64,000 nt of DNA from Candidatus Lustribacter sp. (GCA_965277805.1 OZ255842.1:3712001-3776000); one strand, 5' to 3'. Numbered from the stretch's first letter, positions 1 to 9,317 are shown. A program made the numbers and translations. The notes: generated by a model not told the origin, from the letters alone.

Positions 1-2
1 CG

Positions 3-533
3 CAAACGCTCGGCCCGGCGAGCGCGTACGTCGTCGCAAAATCGACGCCGGCGGCGGCACCGGAGATCGCCGGTCAAGCCATCACCGGCAAGCAAGTCGC
101 GGTCGTGTTCGAAGTGACGGTGCCGCCGACCACCAACTTCACCGATAGCGTCTACATATCGACCGACTCGAGCGACTGGAACCCGACCGCGATCAAGCTC
201 GATCGCGTCGATGCATACAAGTATCGCGCGCTGCGGTATTTCGCATCAGGCACAAAGTTCGCGTATCGCGTCACGCGCGGCAGCTGGAATTCTGTCGAGC
301 GCGGCGAGGACAACCTCGATACTCCGCCACACCAATTCTTCGTGCGCGAAGTCGACTCGCTCGCCGCGCGCGTGACCGTGTACCACTGGTCGGACGAGCG
401 CGGTTCCTCGCTCGGCACCGGGCCCAACTCGATTCCGACGCCGTACAATCCGAGCCCGTTCGGCGGCGGCCCCGGCGGCATCGCGGTGCCGCAAGTCCCG
501 ATCCGCCCGACACCGCCGCCCGGACATCAATAG
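3..533 (+). CDS. CBM20-like (starch-binding-type) domain protein, 5'-truncated by window edge
   Basis: Frame is open from base 3. VFEVTVPPTT..VYISTD..DWNP..FAYRVTRGSWNSVE resembles CBM20; Pro/Gly-rich tail. Confidence 0.65.
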   Translation, partial: QTLGPASAYVVAKSTPAAAPEIAGQAITGKQVAVVFEVTVPPTTNFTDSVYISTDSSDWNPTAIKLDRVDAYKYRALRYFASGTKFAYRVTRGSWNSVERGEDNLDTPPHQFFVREVDSLAARVTVYHWSDERGSSLGTGPNSIPTPYNPSPFGGGPGGIAVPQVPIRPTPPPGHQ

Positions 534-2108
534 GTGCGGACGCGAGCGCTCATCGGCGCGCTTGCGCTCCTCACGCTCTGGCCGCTCTCCGCGCCGGCAA
601 AGCCCATCGCGGAGATCCGCGGCGGCAGCGTGCTCTTCTACAACGACGCGCTCGCGCTCGTGGTGCGCGACGGCATCCGCGCGGAGCTCGCCAACGGCGC
701 GCACATCACGGCCACGGCGGCCTACGTCGATTTGCGTTCGGATCGCGCGGTGTTCGCCGGCAATGTGGAGTTCGTGCGCGGAGCGTTGACGCTTCGCGCC
801 GATGCCATCGCGCTCGATTTCCCCGGCCGCAAGATCGACGTGCTGCGCAACGATACCGGCATCATGCAGACGGACCTTTCGCTCGCAGCGCTGCGGGCCT
901 CGCCGCGCGATGGCGCCGCGTTTGAGTTTCCCGAGCTCGCCGACAACCATGCCTACATCCGCGCGCGGCGAGCGGAGATCGTCTCGCGCACGAGCGTGCG
1001 CTTTCGGCCGGCGGCGTTTCCCACGTCCAAAGGCGCGCCGCCGGTGCCGATGTACCTCTACACGTTTGCGGCCGGCAACGGCTACGCCGCGACCGCGCTC
1101 TCGTCGGCGGCGTTCGATCAGCCCTACGGTTTGGTTTCCACGCCCAACGCGCTGACCGCGCTGCACTTGCGCTACCTCAACGGCGAGGGCGCTTCGCTCG
1201 GCATCGAGCAGAACATCATCGACAACAACGACGGGTTTCTCGCCGGTGCGGTCGATGTGCCGGTGCACGCAGCGATCGACGAAGGTCTCAACGGCTATCG
1301 CCGGTTGGGCGAAGACGGCACGGTCTCGCTCGGCGCGACGACCGACGACGGCTTCCATCAGGCAACGCTCGGCTTCACGCAGGCGATCGGCACGCTCGTG
1401 AGCCGGCTGAACTACGGCATCACGAATCTCGGCGCGTCGAGCGCCCTGCTCTCGCTGCGTACGCGCGATCATCGCCTCTTCGACGGCTTCACCTGGCACA
1501 CGAGCGTGAACTTTGGCTTTCTCGCGCAGGACGGCGGCGTGTATCCGCTGGCGCCGAGTCCGGCGCAAGTGCAGACGGTGTGGCAGAAAGGCCTCGACGT
1601 GTTCGTCGCCTCTCCGGTCGTGGCGGGACCGCTGCGCACGACGCTCTCCGCAACAGTCGACGCCTCGCGCACCGCTTACTCCTACGGCGCGCACAATTAC
1701 AACGCGCTCGAAACGAACGTCACCGGATCGCGGCGGCTGAGCCGGACGATGACGCTCTTCTTCGGCTACGACACGCGCTGGTCGGCCGACATCTTTCCGA
1801 ACGCGCAGACGATCTTCTATCCGCCGCTGCCGACCGACTACGGCTACGCGGGATACGCGATCGGGCGCCTCGCAAACATCGACGTGCAGTACGTGCAAGG
1901 GCCGTACACCTCGGTGCGGCTCTCCTACCGTAAGGCCGACGACTTTCCGCAAGTGAACTTCTTCGCCGGCCGGCCGCCGAACGAAGTGCACGCGGATTTG
2001 CGCATCCGGATCGCGCCGAACATCGGCTTCAGCTTCGGCCGCTCGTACGACTTCGGCTGGAACGGCTCGCGCTGGGTCCCCGGCTGGAACTTCTCGGTGT
2101 TCCAATGA
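534..2108 (+). CDS. Secreted outer-membrane protein: OstA/LptA-like beta-jellyroll N-terminus plus predicted beta-barrel (LptD-like architecture)
   Basis: Signal peptide; ITATAAYVDL..AVFAGNV..LRADAI resembles OstA; amphipathic beta-strands; aromatic C-terminus WNFSVFQ. Confidence 0.55.
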   Translation: MRTRALIGALALLTLWPLSAPAKPIAEIRGGSVLFYNDALALVVRDGIRAELANGAHITATAAYVDLRSDRAVFAGNVEFVRGALTLRADAIALDFPGRKIDVLRNDTGIMQTDLSLAALRASPRDGAAFEFPELADNHAYIRARRAEIVSRTSVRFRPAAFPTSKGAPPVPMYLYTFAAGNGYAATALSSAAFDQPYGLVSTPNALTALHLRYLNGEGASLGIEQNIIDNNDGFLAGAVDVPVHAAIDEGLNGYRRLGEDGTVSLGATTDDGFHQATLGFTQAIGTLVSRLNYGITNLGASSALLSLRTRDHRLFDGFTWHTSVNFGFLAQDGGVYPLAPSPAQVQTVWQKGLDVFVASPVVAGPLRTTLSATVDASRTAYSYGAHNYNALETNVTGSRRLSRTMTLFFGYDTRWSADIFPNAQTIFYPPLPTDYGYAGYAIGRLANIDVQYVQGPYTSVRLSYRKADDFPQVNFFAGRPPNEVHADLRIRIAPNIGFSFGRSYDFGWNGSRWVPGWNFSVFQ

Positions 2109-2689
2109 TCGCCGCAGCCGTATTAGCGGCAGTGCTGAGTTACCGCGTCGTTCCGCTCGCGTGTACGGCGAGCGGGCTGTCGATTTCCGGCGGCGGGGTG
2201 CTGCGTGTTTCGCCGCAGGGTTCGTGCACAGATGTCATCCCTGGACGCGCGATCTCGGTGACGCTCGACGATCAAACGCGCGTCATCCCCGGGAAACTCG
2301 ATCCGGCGTCGCATCCGGCAGGCGACCTACCGGCCGCGGCGTTTTCGTTCGCGCCGTCATCGGCGGCTGCACCGGAAGCCAAGCAAGTGACGATTACGAT
2401 CATCGTCGCGATCCCACCGTCGACGCCGGCCGGCAGCGACATCTATCTCTCAACGGAACGCAGCAGTTTCAATCCTGCGGAAATCCGCATGGATCAGCTC
2501 GACGCGCGCCGCTACCGTCTGCAACTCCCGCTCGAAGAAGGCGGCCGCCTCGCCTTCCGCGTCACCCGCGGCAGTTTCACGACCATCGAACGCGATGCCA
2601 AAGGCCGCCTTCCGCCTCCGCACATCGCCGTCGGCACGCCCAATGCCGTCTACACGATCACTGTCGAAGCCTGGAGCGACGACACCTAA
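2105..2689 (+). CDS. Secreted protein with C-terminal CBM20-like domain (paralog of 3..533)
   Basis: ATGA-coupled to the upstream gene; VTITIIVAIPPSTP..IYLSTE..FNP..LAFRVTRGSF..VEAWSD aligns by eye with the first CDS. Confidence 0.65.
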   Translation: MIAAAVLAAVLSYRVVPLACTASGLSISGGGVLRVSPQGSCTDVIPGRAISVTLDDQTRVIPGKLDPASHPAGDLPAAAFSFAPSSAAAPEAKQVTITIIVAIPPSTPAGSDIYLSTERSSFNPAEIRMDQLDARRYRLQLPLEEGGRLAFRVTRGSFTTIERDAKGRLPPPHIAVGTPNAVYTITVEAWSDDT

Positions 2690-3600
2690 CCGGCGAGCTC
2701 CAACGCTTCCTGTTCGAGCAAATTACAGTTCAGCGTAATTGCCGCTTCAGCGCCGCTCGCCGCGGAAATGACGATCTGGTGCCGCGCGGTGACTGCGTCT
2801 CCCGCAGCGTAACAGCCCGGCACCGACGTCCTGGAATGCTCGTCGACAACGACGTTGCCATCGGCTCCGATCGTGCATCCTAAGGCCGCGAACAATGGCG
2901 AGTGCTGGCGGAGCGGCGCGCTGATGAACAGTGCCTGGCACGCGTCGTCAGCGCCGTTTTGGAACGATAGCCCGATCGGCGAGCAATCCGGTCCGGATAA
3001 GGCGACGATCGTTCCGACGCGAAGTGCCGCGCGCGCGGCCCCGATCCAGCGGCGATCTTGATCGCTCAGATCGTCGCGTTCGACACAGACGATCAGATCG
3101 TTCGTCCAGCCGTGGAGTTCTTGCGCGAGTTCAACCGCATCACGGCCCTTGCCGTAGACCGCGATGCGCTGATCGCGGACCTCCCAGCCGTCACAGAAGG
3201 GACAGACGAAGACCGATTTTCCCCAACGCTCCGTCAAGCCGTCGATCTTCGGAAGAACGTCGTAAACACCGGTTGCCAGAATCAACCGTTTGCCGGCCAC
3301 CTGCGTCTTCGACGCCGCGGTCACGACGAATCTCTCGTCTCGCAACGACGCCGCCACCGCCGTTTCCTGGAGTAGTTCTACCGTGGGATAGGCCGCGAGT
3401 TCGGCCCGAGCCATGCGAACCAAGTCGGCCGGGTGGACTCCGTCGCGGGTGAGGAAGCCGTGCGAAACCTCGACGACGGAATTTCGGGGCCGGCCATCGT
3501 CGATGACCAACACGGTGCGGCGAGCTCGGCCCAAGAGCAGTGCTGCACTTAGGCCGGCCGCGCCGCCGCCGACGATCAGAGCGTCGTAGAGCTTGTTTAC
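2686..3600 (-). CDS. NAD(P)/FAD-dependent oxidoreductase, thioredoxin-reductase-like
   Basis: YDALIVGGGAAG Rossmann motif (upstream of the track's TTG at 3534), LILATG, CPFC, TSVPGCYAAGD. Apparent start codon is GTA at 3600. Confidence 0.85.
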   Translation of the reverse strand, partial: VNKLYDALIVGGGAAGLSAALLLGRARRTVLVIDDGRPRNSVVEVSHGFLTRDGVHPADLVRMARAELAAYPTVELLQETAVAASLRDERFVVTAASKTQVAGKRLILATGVYDVLPKIDGLTERWGKSVFVCPFCDGWEVRDQRIAVYGKGRDAVELAQELHGWTNDLIVCVERDDLSDQDRRWIGAARAALRVGTIVALSGPDCSPIGLSFQNGADDACQALFISAPLRQHSPLFAALGCTIGADGNVVVDEHSRTSVPGCYAAGDAVTARHQIVISAASGAEAAITLNCNLLEQEALELAG

Positions 3601-4142
3601 GAGGTGCTCGAATCCGTTTGTTCGAGCGGCGTGCCGGCAACGGCGTGACGCGCGATCTCTTTGCCGTGCTGTTGTGCCGACTCCGTTGCGGTTGAGAGCG
3701 TATCGTTCAGAATGCTCTTGCCGGCTTCGATGGCTTCGTCGACCGCGTTCTGCGCGCGGCCGGCAATTTCGTCGGTAATCGGCCCAATGCGCCGGCGCTC
3801 GAGATCGCTTGCGGGCACGAGAAGACCGCCGAGGAGACCGAGTGCCAACGCACCAAGCGCCAAACCTAACGGATTCTCCACCGCCATCGATACCGCGTGC
3901 CGCGTGGAATCGGCGGCATCGGAGAGCTGCGAACGAGAGCTATCCAGAGCATCGTTCGTGGCCTTTTTCGAGCCCGAAAAGACCCCGCCGATCGTTCCTT
4001 TTACCGATTCAATGCGACCGTTGATATCGTCGCGCACGCGGGCCGGAACGTCGGCTTTATACGCGATTGCGTCGACCGTGTCGCTCATACGATTGCGTGT
4101 CGCCTCTATTTCGCTTTGGATTTGACTTGTGTCTTGGCCCAC
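3597..4142 (-). CDS. DUF3618-like protein
   Basis: GTG start after AAAGGA; IQSEIEATRNRMSDTVDAIAYKADV; NPLGLALGALALGLLGG membrane segment. Confidence 0.7.
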   Translation of the reverse strand: MGQDTSQIQSEIEATRNRMSDTVDAIAYKADVPARVRDDINGRIESVKGTIGGVFSGSKKATNDALDSSRSQLSDAADSTRHAVSMAVENPLGLALGALALGLLGGLLVPASDLERRRIGPITDEIAGRAQNAVDEAIEAGKSILNDTLSTATESAQQHGKEIARHAVAGTPLEQTDSSTS

Positions 4143-4513
4143 GAGATGTCGTCCTTTACAGTTTGAGTGGTTTGTGGAATGAGCGGGGGTTCGGCGTTCG
4201 CCAATTTCCGTTTCCCGTTGAGCACGAGCGCATACGCGACGGCTCCGTAGACAATCGCCACGAGAAGCGCTGCCGCCCACGTTGGAATCACGAGCGCGAG
4301 AACGGCGATGAGAAAGGCGGTGGCAGCGCCGAAGGCGCCTAGGCCGAAGAGCGCGGTGCCGCCGAACGATACGGCGGAGGCGCCGACCGGTTTCGCCTTC
4401 TCCATGATCTCGGCGCGGGCCAACTGCATTTCTTGGCGGACGAGCGTGGCCGTGTCGTTCGATAAATCGCGCAGCAGTTGCGCGATCCCGCGATCGGTAA
4501 GGTCAGCTTCCAT
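4106..4513 (-). CDS. Holin-X/YqjE-like (DUF1469) membrane protein
   Basis: LVRQEMQLARAEI, two TM helices, PQTTQTVKDD..W. Confidence 0.75.
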   Translation of the reverse strand: MEADLTDRGIAQLLRDLSNDTATLVRQEMQLARAEIMEKAKPVGASAVSFGGTALFGLGAFGAATAFLIAVLALVIPTWAAALLVAIVYGAVAYALVLNGKRKLANAEPPLIPQTTQTVKDDISWAKTQVKSKAK

Positions 4514-4898
4514 AATTGCTTGCGTCACGATAGCGTTGTGCGCTCGAAACCTTGAGCACGCGTGAGGCGGCGAATCCGGCCGCTAGAGCAGCGGCGGCGA
4601 CTGCCCACGGGCGTTGGCGCGCAAAGTCCTCGGCATCGCTGATGAGCCGATCGCCGTCGGAGTCCTTGAGGTAGGTGGCGATACGATCGACAAACGCCGC
4701 GCCCCGCTCGGCGAGGTCCGCACTGCCGGGAACCGATTCGTTGCTGCGCAGTTCTTCCGCGATCCGATGCAAGTCACCGGCGGTTGCCGAGATGGTCGTA
4801 CCAAGTTGCGTCGAGCGATCGTCCAATTGCGCGTTGATAAATGACCGGGATTTGCTAGCCGCGCTCGTTGCGACCGATTTGAGATCCGAAGAATCCAT
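4503..4898 (-). CDS. ElaB/YqjD/DUF883-like tail-anchored protein
   Basis: Helical N-terminus; EDFARQRPWAVAAAALAAGFAASRVLK tail; typical order with holin-X and DUF3618. Confidence 0.6.
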   Translation of the reverse strand: MDSSDLKSVATSAASKSRSFINAQLDDRSTQLGTTISATAGDLHRIAEELRSNESVPGSADLAERGAAFVDRIATYLKDSDGDRLISDAEDFARQRPWAVAAAALAAGFAASRVLKVSSAQRYRDASNYGS

Positions 4899-5066
4899 GA
4901 CGTCCCCTGTAAGCCGAATGCGAAGAAGTGACGACGATCATTCCCCAATCGAAATAAAACTAAATATTTTCACGGCCGGAGTGTCGACCGGGGGCTGGCA
5001 AGTAGGCGCCGTGTTGGGCGGAGACATCTGGATTGCGCGCGCAACGCAATGGGGTAGGAGGCGCTC

Positions 5067-5375
5067 ATGGATATTCAAGATCTACTGAAGCAAGTCACGT
5101 CCGGCGGAACGTCAGACTCCGTCGCGCAGGCGGCCACCGATCACGTCTCGTCGCTGCCGCCCGCGGAGGTTGCCCAAAATCTCCAAACGGCTGCATCAAA
5201 CGCGTCCGCGAACGGACAGCCGGAGATCGCCAATGAAATCGGCGATCTCATCACGCGCGCCGAATCCGATCCCGAATCGCTGAAAACGGCCGCCATCGCC
5301 TACATCCAGCAAAACCCGCAAGCGCTCGCGCACTTCGCACCATCATTCGCACAAGGCATCCTAAGCAAACTCTAG
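5067..5375 (+). CDS. Hypothetical helical protein (102 aa)
   Basis: AGGAGG RBS, ATG, protein-like composition. Confidence 0.7.
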   Translation: MDIQDLLKQVTSGGTSDSVAQAATDHVSSLPPAEVAQNLQTAASNASANGQPEIANEIGDLITRAESDPESLKTAAIAYIQQNPQALAHFAPSFAQGILSKL

Positions 5376-5377
5376 CA

Positions 5378-5408
5378 GCTGTCATCCCGAGCGCGTAGGC
5401 GCGAGGTG
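5378..5408 (+). repeat. REP-like repeat, hybrid A/B copy
   Basis: GCTGTCATCCCGAGCGCGTAGGCGCGAGGTG: type A 5' end plus type B core, just after a stop codon. Confidence 0.8.
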
Positions 5409-5475
5409 GCTACTCATATCCAACGGCGGGAGCGGGTCGCGAGGGGTTTCTTCTTCTGTCTTACAAGGGGCGGGG

Positions 5476-6465
5476 GTGGCGAGCCTAAGCGTTGTGGCGC
5501 CGTTATTTAACGAGGAGGGCAATGTCGCCGAACTCGTGCGGCGGCTGCGCGCGGCGGCGGACGGGTGCGCGGGGATCGACGGCTACGAGATCGTGCTCGT
5601 CGATGATGGGAGTACCGATCGGACCGTGGAGTTGCTGCGCGTGCACGCGGCGGCCGATCCACGGCTCGTGATCGTGCGGTTGTCGCGGAATTTCGGGCAT
5701 CAGCTGGCCGCGACCGCGGGGCTGGACGTGTCGCGCGGCGATGCCGTCGTGCTCATCGATGCGGACTTGCAAGATCCGCCCGAACTGATCCCCGCGATGG
5801 TCGAGCGCTGGCAGGCCGGGTTCGACGTGGTGTATGCGGTACGGCGCAAACGTAAGGGCGAGAGCCGCTTCAAGATTTGGACTGCGCGGCTTTTCTACCG
5901 GACGACGCAACGCCTGACGAAGGTCGCGATCCCGGTCGACGCCGGCGACTTCCGGCTCATGTCGCGGCGCGTCGTCGATGCGCTCAAGGTCATTCGCGAG
6001 CGGCACCGGTTCATTCGAGGCCTCGTGTCGTGGGTGGGCTTTCCGCAAACGGCGCTCGAGTACGATCGCGACTCGCGCTTCGCGGGCGAGAGCAAGTACC
6101 CGGTCTCGAAGATGCTGCGCTTTGCGATCGACGGCATCACGTCGTTCAGCGACGTGCCGCTGCGCTTCGCCTCGTACTTCGGCTTCATCGTTTCAGGCGT
6201 AGCGTTCGTCGTCGGCGTCTTCGAGATCGGGCTCAAGATCTTCACCGGCTACCAGTTGCCCGGCTACACGTCGACGATCTTCGCCATCCTATTCTTGGGC
6301 GGCGTGCAGCTGATCGGGATCGGAATCCTAGGTGAGTACATCGGCCGGATCTACGAAGAGATCAAAGGCCGGCCGCTCTACCTGCTGGCGGGCGTGGAAC
6401 GCGCCGATCCCGCGCCGGTCGGCGAGGGCACCTCGGCGCCGAGGGTCACGCCCGGCACGAGATAG
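5476..6465 (+). CDS. GT2 polyprenol-phosphate glycosyltransferase (GtrB/ArnC-like)
   Basis: VVAPLFNEE, DDGSTD, SRNFGHQ, DADLQDPP, two C-terminal TM helices, GEYIGRIYEE. Confidence 0.9.
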   Translation: MASLSVVAPLFNEEGNVAELVRRLRAAADGCAGIDGYEIVLVDDGSTDRTVELLRVHAAADPRLVIVRLSRNFGHQLAATAGLDVSRGDAVVLIDADLQDPPELIPAMVERWQAGFDVVYAVRRKRKGESRFKIWTARLFYRTTQRLTKVAIPVDAGDFRLMSRRVVDALKVIRERHRFIRGLVSWVGFPQTALEYDRDSRFAGESKYPVSKMLRFAIDGITSFSDVPLRFASYFGFIVSGVAFVVGVFEIGLKIFTGYQLPGYTSTIFAILFLGGVQLIGIGILGEYIGRIYEEIKGRPLYLLAGVERADPAPVGEGTSAPRVTPGTR

Positions 6466-7427
6466 CGGCAAATATACTCCCACACGCCTTCTTCGAGCGA
6501 CGTGAACGGCGCGGTGTAGCCGCTCGCCCGCAGCTTGTCGACCGTGGCCTCCGTGCGGTACTGGTACTTCCCACGTAACGCATCGGGCATCGGGATGTAG
6601 GTAATGCTCTTCGGCCGCTCGAGCGCGGTAAAGATTGCGGCGACGAGATCGTTCCACGTTCGTGCGACGCCCGAGCCGACGTTGAAAAGTCCGGCTGCTT
6701 TGGAGCGGCCGAGGTACAGCGCGATCGCGACCGCGTCTTTGACGTAGAGAAAGTCGCGCGTCTGCTCGCCGTCGCGAATGCCGGGCCGATAGCTTTCGAA
6801 GAGCTTCACGCTGCCTTCGGCCGTAATCTGTTCGTACGCCTTCGCGACGACGCTGCGCATGTCGCCCTTGTGATCTTCGTTGGGGCCGTAGATGTTGAAG
6901 AACTTCAACCCCACGATGCGATCGAGCAGGCCTTCGCGCCGTGCCCACAGATCGAAGAGCTGCTTCGAATAGCCGTACATGTTGAGCGGCGCGAGGCTGC
7001 AGGGATCGAGATCTTCGCGCAGATCCGTTTCGCGCGAACCGTACGTGGCCGCCGACGACGCGTACACGAAACGCGCGCCTTGCTTGACCGCCCATGTCGC
7101 GAGATCTTGCGTCGTGCGATAGTTGTTGGCGATCAGGTAGGTCGCATCGCGTTCGGTCGTGGCCGAGCACGCGCCGAGATGGTAGACCTCGGCGATCGGG
7201 CCGAAGGCGTCCGGGTTCTCGGCGATGCGCGGATAGAATTCTTCGGCTTCGAAATATTCGCCGAAACGCAACGGCACGAGGTGGCGCCACTTCTCACTGC
7301 GCCCCAGGCGGTCGACGATGATGGCGTCGTCAACCCCGTGCTGGTTGAGTTCCCACACCATAGCGCTGCCGATCAAACCGGCAGCACCGGTGACGATTGT
7401 CCGGCCCGTACGTGAGGTTCCGTTCAT
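6378..7427 (-). CDS. hldD: ADP-L-glycero-D-manno-heptose 6-epimerase
   Basis: TGAAGLIGS, HLGACSATTE, YASSAATYG, YGYSK, NEDHKGDMRS, KYQY. Confidence 0.92.
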   Translation of the reverse strand: MNGTSRTGRTIVTGAAGLIGSAMVWELNQHGVDDAIIVDRLGRSEKWRHLVPLRFGEYFEAEEFYPRIAENPDAFGPIAEVYHLGACSATTERDATYLIANNYRTTQDLATWAVKQGARFVYASSAATYGSRETDLREDLDPCSLAPLNMYGYSKQLFDLWARREGLLDRIVGLKFFNIYGPNEDHKGDMRSVVAKAYEQITAEGSVKLFESYRPGIRDGEQTRDFLYVKDAVAIALYLGRSKAAGLFNVGSGVARTWNDLVAAIFTALERPKSITYIPMPDALRGKYQYRTEATVDKLRASGYTAPFTSLEEGVWEYICRYLVPGVTLGAEVPSPTGAGSARSTPASR

Positions 7428-8716
7428 CCGCGCGCGGTCTTCGACGGCACCGTGAGATCGGCATCCCGGATGACTTCGTGCAGCAGCGGACGGTGCTCGG
7501 CGATGCGGTCGCCAACGGCAAAGGCGCTGCCGATCGCGGCCACATCGTCGCCCGCGCCGACCAGCTCCGCGAGCGTGTCGCCGGCCCGCACCGCGTCGCC
7601 GACGCGCGCCCGCACGATGATGCCGGCGCTCGAACCGTGGCGATCGACCGCCGTTCGTGCCAGCTCGCCGAGCTGGATCGCGTTCACCGCGGTGACGCGC
7701 CCGTCGCGCGGAGCCCGTGCCGCCGCACGCTTTTCCATCACGCGCATGCCCTCGAGCCCGCTGCGCGAGCCGCCCTGCGCTTCGATCAGCGCGACGAATT
7801 TTTCGTACGCTTGCCCGCTCGTCAACGCCGTCTCGACCTGCGCTTCGATGTCGCCGGTCGCGCCGCCGACGCGCAGCATCTCGGCCGCGATCACGCGCAC
7901 CACTTCGCCCAAGCGCGGATCTTGCGTGCCGCCGCGCAGGAAGTCACGCGCTTCGATCGCTTCGAGCGCGTTGCCGATCGACGGTCCGAGCGGCTCGTCC
8001 ATGTCGGTGATCAGCGCCGACGCGCGCCGGCCGAGGCGTGCCGTGATTTCCACCATTGCGACAGCCAGTTCGCGCGCTTGGTCGAGCTTCGACATGAACG
8101 CGCCGCCGCCGGTCTTCACGTCGAACACGATCGCGCTCGCGCCGCCGGCGATTTTCTTCGACACGATCGACGCCGCGATCAAGCCGACGCTGGCGACGGT
8201 GCCGGTGCGATCGCGCAGATCGTAGAGCCGTTTGTCGGCCGGCACGAGGCGCTCGCTCTGCGCGCTGATCGCGCAGCCGATGCGTTCGACTTGCGCGCGA
8301 AATTCATCCGGCGTGAGCGTGGTCCGCACGCCCGGGATCGACTCGAGTTTGTCGAGCGTGCCGCCGGTGTGGCCGAGCGCGTGCCCCGAGAGCTTCGCCA
8401 CGGCGACGCCGCACGCGGCGACGACCGGCACGACGATCATCGAGACGCTGTCGCCGACGCCGCCGGTGGAATGCTTGTCGACGGCGCTGCCGGCAAAGGT
8501 GATCGTGTCGCCCGAGCGGATCATCGCCTCGGTCAGGGCCTGGGTTTCGCCCGGGGTCAGCCCCTGGATCGCGGAGGCCATCAGGAGCGCGGCGATCGGG
8601 GCCTCGTCGATCGTCTCGGCGACGTACCCGTCGATCAGCCGCTCCCAGGTCGAGGCGGGAACGACCCCGCCGGTCCGCTTCATATCCAGTGCCTGCCGCA
8701 CCCAGCTCTCGGTCAT
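7424..8716 (-). CDS. pdp: Pyrimidine-nucleoside/thymidine phosphorylase
   Basis: DKHSTGGVGD, KLSGHALGHTGGTLDKLESIPG, ASIVSKK, DVKTGGGAFM. Confidence 0.92.
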   Translation of the reverse strand: MTESWVRQALDMKRTGGVVPASTWERLIDGYVAETIDEAPIAALLMASAIQGLTPGETQALTEAMIRSGDTITFAGSAVDKHSTGGVGDSVSMIVVPVVAACGVAVAKLSGHALGHTGGTLDKLESIPGVRTTLTPDEFRAQVERIGCAISAQSERLVPADKRLYDLRDRTGTVASVGLIAASIVSKKIAGGASAIVFDVKTGGGAFMSKLDQARELAVAMVEITARLGRRASALITDMDEPLGPSIGNALEAIEARDFLRGGTQDPRLGEVVRVIAAEMLRVGGATGDIEAQVETALTSGQAYEKFVALIEAQGGSRSGLEGMRVMEKRAAARAPRDGRVTAVNAIQLGELARTAVDRHGSSAGIIVRARVGDAVRAGDTLAELVGAGDDVAAIGSAFAVGDRIAEHRPLLHEVIRDADLTVPSKTARG

Positions 8717-8757
8717 CTCGCTTGGGTTTACCCCCGCGCGGCTCGAAGCCCGCCCCC

Positions 8758-9306
8758 ATGCGTTCCCACGCCCGGGCCGCGCTGGCAATCATCTTGGTCG
8801 CGAGCGCGTTGCCGTCTGCCGCAGGTGCGCAACCGGCGCCCGTCCCCACGCCCGAGCGGGCCCCGGCCACCGCTTCGCCCGCTCCGCCGCCGGCCGCACC
8901 GACGGCCGCGCCGCTACCGGCACCGCCGGCGTCGCCTACACCCTCGCCCAGCCCTACGGCAACGGCGAGCGGATCGCCGTATCACTTCATCACGACGCCC
9001 TCGCCCCCGCCGGCCGGTCAGCCCGCGATCCTCGAGATCGAGATGCTGGACCAGACGCTGCACGCGGGCGCACCGTACAGCGTGCGCGTCAAGACGAGCC
9101 CCGACGTCACTGCGATCAACGTTTCCGCAATGGGCCAGACGTATGGCATGCAAGCCGCGGGACCAGGCCTGTTCGCCTCCGACGGTCAGATCCCGAACGG
9201 CATTCCGTTCTTCTTACTCAACCGCGACTATACGGTCACCATCATTGCCCTCACCGCCGACAAACGCACCACCAGCGTTTCGCTGACACTGCATCTCACG
9301 AAGTAA
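8758..9306 (+). CDS. Secreted protein with Pro/Ala/Thr linker and small beta-sandwich C-terminal domain
   Basis: Signal peptide MRSHARAALAIILVASALP; low-complexity PAP/TPSP linker; beta-rich C-terminus. Confidence 0.65.
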   Translation: MRSHARAALAIILVASALPSAAGAQPAPVPTPERAPATASPAPPPAAPTAAPLPAPPASPTPSPSPTATASGSPYHFITTPSPPPAGQPAILEIEMLDQTLHAGAPYSVRVKTSPDVTAINVSAMGQTYGMQAAGPGLFASDGQIPNGIPFFLLNRDYTVTIIALTADKRTTSVSLTLHLTK

Positions 9307-9317
9307 CATTGTTTTTG

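Noticed and set aside
4106-4513. Prophage lysis gene (holin)
   Set aside because: The holin-X-like family occurs in chromosomal stress triads; no endolysin, structural or integrase genes are present.
8820-9020. Pro/Ala/Thr-rich tandem-like DNA
   Set aside because: Ordinary low-complexity linker of a secreted protein, with no exact repeat unit.
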